In this document: piece by piece, positions 47,041-54,932 of the stretch
How positions within the stretch are numbered: the stretch's first letter is position 1
Layout of the letters: each line of letters opens with the position of its first letter
Source of the DNA: Candidatus Parcubacteria bacterium
GTDB taxonomy: Bacteria > Patescibacteriota > Minisyncoccia > Phycocordibacterales > UBA918
Direction of reading: 5' to 3'
Assembly: GCA_046050355.1 (NCBI GenBank)
Contig: JBJOPW010000001.1
Span: forward strand, 79,475-143,474
Length of the DNA stretch: 64,000 bases
Made by a program: the position numbers and the translations under genes
The notes under the pieces: model-generated
The model's input: the letters and a program-made list of their open reading frames with translations, nothing else
Told to the model about the DNA's origin: nothing
The model's database searches: none

Positions 47041-48953
47041 TAGCCGGTCCAGTTGAAGAGGAGAATCGAGAAGTCCGTCAAATTCACCTTACCGTCCTGA
47101 CTAATATCCGCGGGCGGATTGGAGTCGCCACCATCAGTACTCCACCAGAAAAGGAGAATAGAAAAGTCGGTGAGGTTCACCTTACCATCACGATTGAGAT
47201 CAGAATTATTACCCGCTGCTTGTGATGGCCCACCGACTCCATAGAGGGTGTACTGTGAGAAGTTTGATGTCAGTGTACCATCAACTGCTCTCGCACGTAC
47301 TTTGTAGGTGCCATTACTAAATCCACTGGTATCCACTGGTGTTGACCACGCCCCACTACTATTAGCGGTAACGGTGTATGACTTGCGTGACGCGGTGTTT
47401 TTGTCCTTTTCATTCTCAATGGTAACCTGAGCATTCGGGAAAGTATAGCCAGAAATCGTCAATGCTTGTCCGGGATTAACTGGATTCGGTGAAACCAGAA
47501 TCGAAGGCGGAATATTGATATTACTGAGAGCAGATTCACGAGCTCCGGCCACGGTAAAGGAAGTACTGAAGGTTGAAGACTTCGTCCCCGCTTGATCGGT
47601 GGCATAGATGCCAAAGGTGTATGCACCCCGAGCGATTTTGTCCACGGTGGCAGTATACGAACCATCATTGGTAGCGTTGGCAGTTACCGCTGCTTTGCCG
47701 TCAACGAGCACCGTTATCTTTGCTCGTGGCGAAGCATAACCAGTGATCACCACTTGTCCATCACCACTACGGTACGGACCCGGAGCTGATTCGAATCCCC
47801 CGCCCCCGCCCCCGCCACTAGCGCCGCCACTACCACCCCCACCGCCACCGCCACTGCCGCCACCAGAACTACCTGAAGTACTACCACCACCGGTAGCCGG
47901 TCCACCACTATTACCACTACCGGAACCACTTCCAGTGCCCCCATTACCGGTACCAGTACCTGAGCCGCTACCATTACCATTTTCGGTTGAGCTACCGGTC
48001 GGCTGGTTGCTCACGAAGAAGCTAATAAGGTAGTCGTCGGGGTTAGTGTTACCTTCATCATCACGGCACCGCACGTAAAAATCTTGTTGAGAATTGGGTG
48101 TCACCGCCACCACCTGAGAATGGAAGAGGAGGCCTGAGTTAGAGAAGACAGCGGACATAGTGTTGTAATCAGCGCCTGGACTGCGCGCAAAACGACAAAA
48201 CGCAAACTCATCAGTTTCGAGACTAATCTCTACATTTAAGGTCGTGCCACCAACGGTCGAGGTAGGCTGACCATTAAACCGAAATGGGGGAATGGCTTCC
48301 GTCGTATCGACGGGGGCGACACCGACTTGATCAACAAGGGCAATCAAAAAACCAGCATTGCCAATCTCGCTAGCGGTATTATCAAAAATACGCATAGCTA
48401 CTTCATGAGTACCAACCGTTGATCCATTAGTAATGCCAGGAATATCTGCCGGGGTGGTAGTAGTGCCGGTTGTGGTACTAAAACTCGTACCGCCGGTTTG
48501 TGCGAGTGTCGTATGATTACCGATTTTTAACTCGAGCAAACTACCCGCTGCAATTCCTGTGGTTTGGTTGAGACGATACCGGATGAGCCCCGGCGTACCC
48601 GGGACAATATCAACCTTATCATCACTTGCCGATACGACTGAACCAACCTCACGTCGCACACCGTTGACTCGTAACTCGACATTACGGAGCTCGGAAAACT
48701 GGGCACTGCCCGCGACTGTAAAGTCTGTTGGTGGTGTAATCTCTAGATAGCCCTCAGGTGGTATACCCGTATCAACCAAACGAAAAGACAAGGTATGATT
48801 TGCAGCCCTTGTCGGCGCTGACTGCGAAATAGTGTCTTTGTACTCCTTCACATTACGAGCAAACGAAAATTGTGGCGATACAAACAAAAAACCAATGAAG
48901 CCAAGCCACAAAGTCAAAGCAATGACCAGACGCAACGGTCTCGTGATATGCAT
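47040..48953 (-). CDS. Secreted protein: subunit-like N-domain, Gly/Ser linker, two Ig-like domains, C-terminal dockerin
   Basis: Likely start is the ATG at 48953 (TACAAT 6 nt upstream). N-domain DTISQSAP...NHTLSF...LKIG resembles the N-domain of the WxL-like subunits. DLNRDGKVNLTDFSIL / DISQDGKVNLTDFSIL. Confidence 0.83.
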   Translation of the reverse strand: MHITRPLRLVIALTLWLGFIGFLFVSPQFSFARNVKEYKDTISQSAPTRAANHTLSFRLVDTGIPPEGYLEITPPTDFTVAGSAQFSELRNVELRVNGVRREVGSVVSASDDKVDIVPGTPGLIRYRLNQTTGIAAGSLLELKIGNHTTLAQTGGTSFSTTTGTTTTPADIPGITNGSTVGTHEVAMRIFDNTASEIGNAGFLIALVDQVGVAPVDTTEAIPPFRFNGQPTSTVGGTTLNVEISLETDEFAFCRFARSPGADYNTMSAVFSNSGLLFHSQVVAVTPNSQQDFYVRCRDDEGNTNPDDYLISFFVSNQPTGSSTENGNGSGSGTGTGNGGTGSGSGSGNSGGPATGGGSTSGSSGGGSGGGGGGGSGGASGGGGGGGFESAPGPYRSGDGQVVITGYASPRAKITVLVDGKAAVTANATNDGSYTATVDKIARGAYTFGIYATDQAGTKSSTFSTSFTVAGARESALSNINIPPSILVSPNPVNPGQALTISGYTFPNAQVTIENEKDKNTASRKSYTVTANSSGAWSTPVDTSGFSNGTYKVRARAVDGTLTSNFSQYTLYGVGGPSQAAGNNSDLNRDGKVNLTDFSILLFWWSTDGGDSNPPADISQDGKVNLTDFSILLFNWTG

Positions 48954-49019
48954 AGGTATATTGTACCTTGTGAGGATGAACAAAATGGGTGTTCTCCCAC
49001 AGTTAAACAATGTTTGAAA

Positions 49020-50771
49020 CTACGTTTCAAGGAATCCTCCTGCTTGATGCGACCACAACCGAGCATACGTCCCACCAAACTGTAGCAGGCTATCGTGGGT
49101 CCCGTCTTCACTGATTTTACCTTCTTCGAGCACTATAATGCGATCCATCTCGCGGAGCGTGGAGAGGCGGTGAGCAATAGCGATGACCGTCTTCCCTGCC
49201 ATCAGTACATGGAGCGCCTTTTGAATTTCGACCTCACTTTCGCTATCAAGTGCTGAAGTCGCCTCGTCCAGCACGAGAATTGGCGCATCTTTGAGCATGG
49301 CGCGCGCAATCGCGATGCGCTGCTTTTGACCACCCGAGAGCTTTACACCACGCTCACCAACGAGGGTGTCGTAGCCCTGTGGTAGAGTCTCAATAAAGTC
49401 GTGGGCGTGCGCCTTTTTGGCCACCGCAATAACCTCTTCGTCGGTAACGTCTGGCTTCCCGTAGGCGATATTCTCACGAATAGTACGGTGGAATAAGGCC
49501 GGTTCTTGTGGCACTACCGCTATCGCGGCTCGTAGTGAATCTTGAGTCACGGCGGCGATATTTTGTCCATCAATTTCGATAGCACCACTTTCGATATCGT
49601 ATTGACGCAAGAGGAGCGACACAAAAGTACTCTTCCCAGCCCCTGATGGACCAACGAGACCAAGTCGCTGCCCGGCTGGGATAGTGAGCGAGAAGTCAGT
49701 AAACACTTCAGTACTTTCATGGTTAAACAACACTTGGTTAAAATCAATCTGTCCGTCTCTTACTTGCAGTGCTTTGGCGCCAACCTGGTCAGTAACCGTA
49801 TGTGGTTGGAGTATTTCTTTAAGACCTTCTTCGATGTTCCCATACTCACGAATAAAGCGATTGAGGGCCTGTCCGGTTGTAATAAATAGATGTCCAACCC
49901 GTCCAAGGAGACCCAGAACGAGAACAAAAACACCAACGGATATCGCCTCTTCGCGCATCAGTATGTACAAGGTACTCAAAATGAGGGCTGTCATAAGAAT
50001 GGCAAAAAGAGTATTCACCACCATGATGTTTTCGCCAAAAAATGATTGTTTAAGGTCACGCTTACTCCGCTCAGTAAAAAAACCGGCCAAGCGCTGTAGT
50101 TCATTCTCGTATTGTGAAAAAAGACGAACTGCAGAAATGTTAGAGATGACATCCACCCCTTCACCACGCGACTTTGAGGCTGATTCTGCGTAATGGACAA
50201 CGTACGGACGTCGACGTTTTACCGCGAGGATATTAAATATAAAAACCGCAATAGTAATGAGTAACAGAATTACGCCAATACGGAAATCAACACTAAAAAA
50301 CAAAACTAAGGTAACTATCAAACCAACGAACTCAGAGAAAAATGTCCAAACAATTTGAAACATTAATCCTGCACTACTATCCATAGCATTTGAGACCTTG
50401 TTTGAAAGTGCCCCAGCAAAGCGGTCACTGAAATAGGTGTGGCTATGTTTGGCCAGATAGCCATACAAAATATTGTAGCCATCTTGGTGGAACTTTATAA
50501 TCCAGTAAATGAGGGTGTAGCCACTAAGACGATAGAATATGAGATGAGCAGCATACAGAGCCAAAAATAATCCACCCCAAAAGACCACCGTGTTGGCTTG
50601 GTCAACTTGGTTTTGAGCTTGCGAGAATCGCTCTACCAACTGTGCCGATACATAAAATATAAGAATATTCGCCAACTCAGCGGCCAGTACCAGTAACAAA
50701 GAAACTATTCCCAAGGTTTTGTAGCGGGAACTGATATACCATAAAAACTTTAATGGGGTGCGCGGAATCAT
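49020..50771 (-). CDS. ABC exporter, fused TMD-NBD (MsbA/MdlB-like family)
   Basis: Six-TM N-terminal half, GPSGAGKST, VGERGVKLSGGQKQR, LDEATSALD, IAHRLST; TGaTATAGT 8 nt before the ATG at 50771. Confidence 0.93.
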   Translation of the reverse strand: MIPRTPLKFLWYISSRYKTLGIVSLLLVLAAELANILIFYVSAQLVERFSQAQNQVDQANTVVFWGGLFLALYAAHLIFYRLSGYTLIYWIIKFHQDGYNILYGYLAKHSHTYFSDRFAGALSNKVSNAMDSSAGLMFQIVWTFFSEFVGLIVTLVLFFSVDFRIGVILLLITIAVFIFNILAVKRRRPYVVHYAESASKSRGEGVDVISNISAVRLFSQYENELQRLAGFFTERSKRDLKQSFFGENIMVVNTLFAILMTALILSTLYILMREEAISVGVFVLVLGLLGRVGHLFITTGQALNRFIREYGNIEEGLKEILQPHTVTDQVGAKALQVRDGQIDFNQVLFNHESTEVFTDFSLTIPAGQRLGLVGPSGAGKSTFVSLLLRQYDIESGAIEIDGQNIAAVTQDSLRAAIAVVPQEPALFHRTIRENIAYGKPDVTDEEVIAVAKKAHAHDFIETLPQGYDTLVGERGVKLSGGQKQRIAIARAMLKDAPILVLDEATSALDSESEVEIQKALHVLMAGKTVIAIAHRLSTLREMDRIIVLEEGKISEDGTHDSLLQFGGTYARLWSHQAGGFLET

Positions 50772-50809
50772 AGACACCCACTATATCACAGGCTTATTTT
50801 GGCCCGAAA

Positions 50810-51802
50810 TCACGTAAACAACGAGACAATCACAAAGTAGACGAGGAGTGTCATCACATCACGAATCACGGTCGCTACCGGACCACTCGTCAGGGCTGGG
50901 TCATATTTGAGCTTCGTGGCCAAAAACGGGATAACAAGCGCGACTACCATGGCGAGGGTAAGGGTGGCCAAAATAGCAGTAAATAAGAGTGATACGAGCT
51001 CGGGCGCCCCAAACCACCATGAGGTAATTCCACCCACCAGGATACCGAGGATGGTAGCGAGGGTGCCAGAGACAATCACCTCACGCATAAAGTACTTGCG
51101 AAACCGAGCAAAATGTCCTAATTCTGGATCAAGGGCAATGGCCCGGACAAAAATAATCTCCGTCTGTGAACCCACCGCATCAGCGAGATATACGACGAGT
51201 GGAATAAATGCCACAATGAGGACATGGGCCGCTAGCGCCTCTTCAAAGCCCTGGACAATTGAAGCTGCTAGCAGGCCACCAAGGAGACCAAGAATGAGCC
51301 ATGGCAGACGCTTCCGGATGTGGAGCAGTGGTGTACCGGACAATAATGAGTTCTGTGGGTCTTCAAAATTAGTGGCCCCCGCATGCGCCAGTGCATCATG
51401 GATCCGACCATAATGGAGAATATCGCGCACTTTGTCTGGTGTGACCACTCCGAGGAGCCGTCCAGTGGCCTGATCTACCACTGGTACTGCTTTGAGATTG
51501 TGATTGATAGCAGTGAGGGCTACCTGTTCGGCCGGAAGTGTCGCTGGTACAGATACCAATGTGGCCTTAGCGGCCGCAGCGGCAATGGTATGGTGTGAAT
51601 GCGTAAAAACTTCTTTTATTGATACAACACCGGTAAGTTTTCGATTGGCATCTACCAAGTAAACATAGGCCACACTCGAGTAAGACGAGGCGTGTCTGGA
51701 GAGCAGGATCACAATCTCACCAATCGTAGCCTTGGGTGAAATTACTGGAACATTTTCCACCATGCAGTCGGTGGCGGTCTTACCCTTAAAACGATCAGAC
51801 AT
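50810..51802 (-). CDS. mgtE: MgtE-family magnesium transporter (CBS pair + membrane domain, short N-terminus)
   Basis: CBS pair (YVYLVD...LTGVVS; VPVVD), RKRLPWL, FIPLV...VGSQT, DPALTSGP.ATVIRD. Confidence 0.88.
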   Translation of the reverse strand: MSDRFKGKTATDCMVENVPVISPKATIGEIVILLSRHASSYSSVAYVYLVDANRKLTGVVSIKEVFTHSHHTIAAAAAKATLVSVPATLPAEQVALTAINHNLKAVPVVDQATGRLLGVVTPDKVRDILHYGRIHDALAHAGATNFEDPQNSLLSGTPLLHIRKRLPWLILGLLGGLLAASIVQGFEEALAAHVLIVAFIPLVVYLADAVGSQTEIIFVRAIALDPELGHFARFRKYFMREVIVSGTLATILGILVGGITSWWFGAPELVSLLFTAILATLTLAMVVALVIPFLATKLKYDPALTSGPVATVIRDVMTLLVYFVIVSLFT

Positions 51803-51865
51803 AGCTAATCAGTATTATAGAGGGCGCTTTCTAAATAACCAACCCTCAGGCGTGTATTACCACCT

Positions 51866-52297
51866 CTATACAGACGGTATTGGTGTGGTGGTAGCGATTT
51901 GTAGTCGTCGCTCGCGGGCCCGGACATAGTCAAGGGCATAATTAAGCACAATGAGCACGAGGAGGATAAAAAGGATGGTGGTCAGTATAAAGGTTCCCGA
52001 ATCCATTCCGGGTAACGGACTATTGTTGTTTAGGCCAACTTCTATCTCCCGCTCCGCTACGGCAAGTTCACGGGCATCGAGCTCACGGTCACGGGCAGTG
52101 AGAGCGGCTGTCATTTGGTTGAGCTCCGTTGGCGCCACCCCCACTGAGACACCAACCGCATTGGCTAGATACAGTTCGGTATTATCGGCCAAACGAGCAG
52201 TCAATGGACTAAGGAGACCACCTTCAAAGACGAGCATAAGTGCTACCACCGCACTGGCAATACGCAATAGACTGTGGTACGTGGAATTGTATCCCAT
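51866..52297 (-). CDS. Small membrane protein with two TM segments around a short coiled coil
   Basis: Likely start is the ATG at 52297 (TATACT 6 nt upstream); VGVAPTELNQ...RDRELDARE; ILFILLVLIVLNYALD. Confidence 0.75.
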   Translation of the reverse strand: MGYNSTYHSLLRIASAVVALMLVFEGGLLSPLTARLADNTELYLANAVGVSVGVAPTELNQMTAALTARDRELDARELAVAEREIEVGLNNNSPLPGMDSGTFILTTILFILLVLIVLNYALDYVRARERRLQIATTTPIPSV

Positions 52298-52313
52298 ACA
52301 CGTAGTATACACC

Positions 52314-53372
52314 TTAGGCAAACAGGATGAGAAGTCCAATAAAGAACAGTGCACTCACCGATAACATCACAAAGAAGATGAGGAGGAACGGATTACCGGT
52401 ATTGCGGCGACTCACAATCTTGCGACTACTGCCAGCCGTATAGTAGGCGAGCTTACGACGAATGTAGAGCTTCACACCGATATAGACACTGAGGAGCAGT
52501 ACCGTGAGGATACCAAGTGCAGGTAAAACAATTTTAACTGGCAGAATCCAAAAAGTAACGGTACTTGACATCGTCTGCTTCGCACCTTCTTCACCATAAA
52601 TCGGACTAATCACCGCCTCGTACCGACCAAAACCATAACCTTCACCCTTCCAGTCAAAAGTAAATTCACGAGTGTCGCTCGGAAACACAGCTGCAGCTGC
52701 TTCGTTGAAAATGAGGTTCTTGTCTACTTTCTGTCCGAACATATTGGTAATTTCTACTGGCCCAACTGGTCGCACCAGTGTATTGCCATCATTTTCAATT
52801 CGCACATTAAAGGTGACATTTGGTGAACCGTAGATATAGTTGTCGGTAGAGAACTGTCGAATCTTGGCTGACTCAACACACTCACCGGCTACACGAAGAC
52901 TCACAATATTGGCTACCTCATAGCCAATGGCCGCACCACTTTCACGCATCTCCGGTGGCTCCATCGAGACGAAGATACCAGCAAAGTGGTTACATGGTGG
53001 AGCGTCTGGCGGGACCGACACGACAAAAGAGACTGGAACTTCCCCACCAGCAGGCACGGTCACGCTATTAGTAGCCAAGGTGATCCAACTACTCATATCA
53101 AGTGGTGTTGGTTCTACGTTTTCATTTGCATAGATCGGTACACTACCATCACGCACACCGATGATATCACGGCGACCGAGGTAGTAGGTCTGTTCGATCT
53201 GACTTTCATTTTTGATTGACGTTGTAAACGTCTTGGTGGTACCAGGATCAATTTTCTCTTCGATCGTCGCTGGTTTGAGAGTGACACCAGCACTACTTTG
53301 TGCCCACGCACCCGTTGGCACCACCATAAGAGCGAAGAGAATTAATAAAATTGATGTTGGAATCAAGCGCAT
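52314..53372 (-). CDS. DUF916/DUF3324-like (WxL-interacting-type) membrane-anchored protein
   Basis: IDPGTTKT..IKN, SWITL...VTVPAGGEVPVSFVVSVPPDAPP..HFAGI, RIENDGNTLVRP.G, VFPSDTREF, GRYEA, FWILP then TM; a second C-terminal TM. Directly downstream of the WxL-like gene. Confidence 0.75.
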   Translation of the reverse strand: MRLIPTSILLILFALMVVPTGAWAQSSAGVTLKPATIEEKIDPGTTKTFTTSIKNESQIEQTYYLGRRDIIGVRDGSVPIYANENVEPTPLDMSSWITLATNSVTVPAGGEVPVSFVVSVPPDAPPCNHFAGIFVSMEPPEMRESGAAIGYEVANIVSLRVAGECVESAKIRQFSTDNYIYGSPNVTFNVRIENDGNTLVRPVGPVEITNMFGQKVDKNLIFNEAAAAVFPSDTREFTFDWKGEGYGFGRYEAVISPIYGEEGAKQTMSSTVTFWILPVKIVLPALGILTVLLLSVYIGVKLYIRRKLAYYTAGSSRKIVSRRNTGNPFLLIFFVMLSVSALFFIGLLILFA

Positions 53373-53403
53373 GCAAAAACGTATAAAGTAATAACGTTTA
53401 TTA

Positions 53404-53440
53404 TTATAGCATCACAGTACAAGGAACTGTGATGCTATAA
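53404..53440. promoter_or_regulatory. 15-bp inverted repeat containing an extended -10 (TGcTATAAT) for the DUF916-like gene
   Basis: TTATAGCATCACAGT-N7-ACTGTGATGCTATAA. Confidence 0.6.
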
Positions 53441-53475
53441 ACAACAAAAACTCCCAAAGGGAGTTTTTGTTGTTT
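53439..53475 (-). terminator. Intrinsic terminator after the WxL-like subunit gene
   Basis: AAACAACAAAAACTCCC-AAA-GGGAGTTTTTGTTGTTT, a perfect 17-bp stem. Confidence 0.85.
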
Positions 53476-53491
53476 GCGTCAAGCTTTCTTG

Positions 53492-54622
53492 TTAGAAAGT
53501 AGGAGTCGCAATGTAGGTAAGGATGGTGTTGTAGTCATCACCCGCTTCCTGGAGTGGCGTGATCTGGATAGCATACGCTACGTCAGATTGACCAATCTGG
53601 GCAGTTGTTCCGTCAGATGGACCGTTGTGACCGAATATCTGACGAGGTGTGGTACTGGCAGACACGTATCGTGTACCACCAGTATTAAACTCATTAGAGT
53701 TAATATCATCTGCTGACGTTAGACCCCAGTGACCCCATGTGTTTTCCTGTGCAATGTTTGGTGTTGGAGCTGCCCAAAGTGCAGGTGCGTTTGTGTAGGC
53801 ACCATCGATGAAGCCATCGATATCAGCACCCGTTGATGAGAGAAGGTTTTGATCCTGCTCTACCGTCACTACGAAGCCGTTACGGGCGTTTGTTGTAACA
53901 TTGAGGCGCTGACCAAGAACTTTTGGTACTCCAGCAGTCAAGACACCGAATGGAATGGCGGTGGCTGTACTTGAACCCGTAGTGGTCGTACCGTTGATCG
54001 TTGTACTGGTCGCAAGACCTGTCACCACAAAGGTGAATGAGGTATTGACGATCGCTGTAACATCGACGTTGTCTAGAATAGCTACTCGTGTGCGACCGGT
54101 ATCAACGGTCCCCGCTGTCACAAGAAATTCATATGAACCCGCAGTTGGGTTCGTGACACGGTCTGTACCAGTTGTACCGAAAGTAGCATTTGTTCCAATC
54201 TCGATAACGACCGCTTGTCCAGCTGTTACGACACCAGTAGCTGAGGTGAGTGTAAGCACCTGACTCGAGGTGGACACACCCCAGGTGGCACCAGCGGCAG
54301 CGGCTGCCAGGGCTTGGTCAGTTCCGTTGATTGAGAAGTCGACATCAGTGAAGTCGATGGTTCCCAAGTTGAATCCTGCCGGGAATGTGACGGTAATCGT
54401 CCCACCAGCCGAAACTCCAGAGGATGACGTAGCCATCGTGAATCGGATGGTGTGGTTCGAGAGAGCCGACACGTCTGAGTCTGATAAGGTGTTGCTAACC
54501 TGGAAGAGGTTGGCGGCACCAGCCGTGTTGTAGTAACCCACAGACACCGCTAGCACAGCTGCAGCAACGAGCATCGCGACTACTCGGTGCAAAGCTTCAA
54601 CACTCGTTGAAATTTTTTGCAT
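53492..54622 (-). CDS. WxL-like/pilin-like secreted surface subunit (paralog 2)
   Basis: Signal peptide ending AGA; NTLSDS...SNHTIRF; IPFGVLT; VTTNARNGF; LLSSTGADIDGFIDGAYTN identical to paralog 1; ends YNTILTYIATPTF. Confidence 0.72.
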   Translation of the reverse strand: MQKISTSVEALHRVVAMLVAAAVLAVSVGYYNTAGAANLFQVSNTLSDSDVSALSNHTIRFTMATSSSGVSAGGTITVTFPAGFNLGTIDFTDVDFSINGTDQALAAAAAGATWGVSTSSQVLTLTSATGVVTAGQAVVIEIGTNATFGTTGTDRVTNPTAGSYEFLVTAGTVDTGRTRVAILDNVDVTAIVNTSFTFVVTGLATSTTINGTTTTGSSTATAIPFGVLTAGVPKVLGQRLNVTTNARNGFVVTVEQDQNLLSSTGADIDGFIDGAYTNAPALWAAPTPNIAQENTWGHWGLTSADDINSNEFNTGGTRYVSASTTPRQIFGHNGPSDGTTAQIGQSDVAYAIQITPLQEAGDDYNTILTYIATPTF

Positions 54623-54932
54623 GAATATTATTTTTTAAATAACTAATATGTAGTCAGAGGCGACTCTCCGGTACAAGCTCGGCTGAAGGTGGAGATATGC
54701 GAGATAATTGTTTGAAAAAATTTCAGCCATTATTCGCACATGTCTTCAACCGATCTGATGTCATTATAAAGTACATCTCTCCACCCTGTCTCAATTCCCG
54801 TGTTGATAAGTGAAACCAGCGCAACAATGTACCTATAGAAATCGTAGCGTTGGTCTACGTTTTTGTGAGCGTGGTATGTCTTTTGCGCTTTTTTTGCTAA
54901 AGAACACACGTCGTTTAGTGTCTCGGACACAC

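Noticed and set aside
47780-47980. CCR-rich tracts here and at ~13690-13735 and ~32900-34230 as DNA repeats or collagen
   Set aside because: They encode Gly/Ser linkers or a Gly-rich domain with varied codons and no Gly-X-Y period.
6421-48953. True cellulosome
   Set aside because: No multi-cohesin scaffoldin, and no dockerin on the GH18 or clan-A hydrolase.
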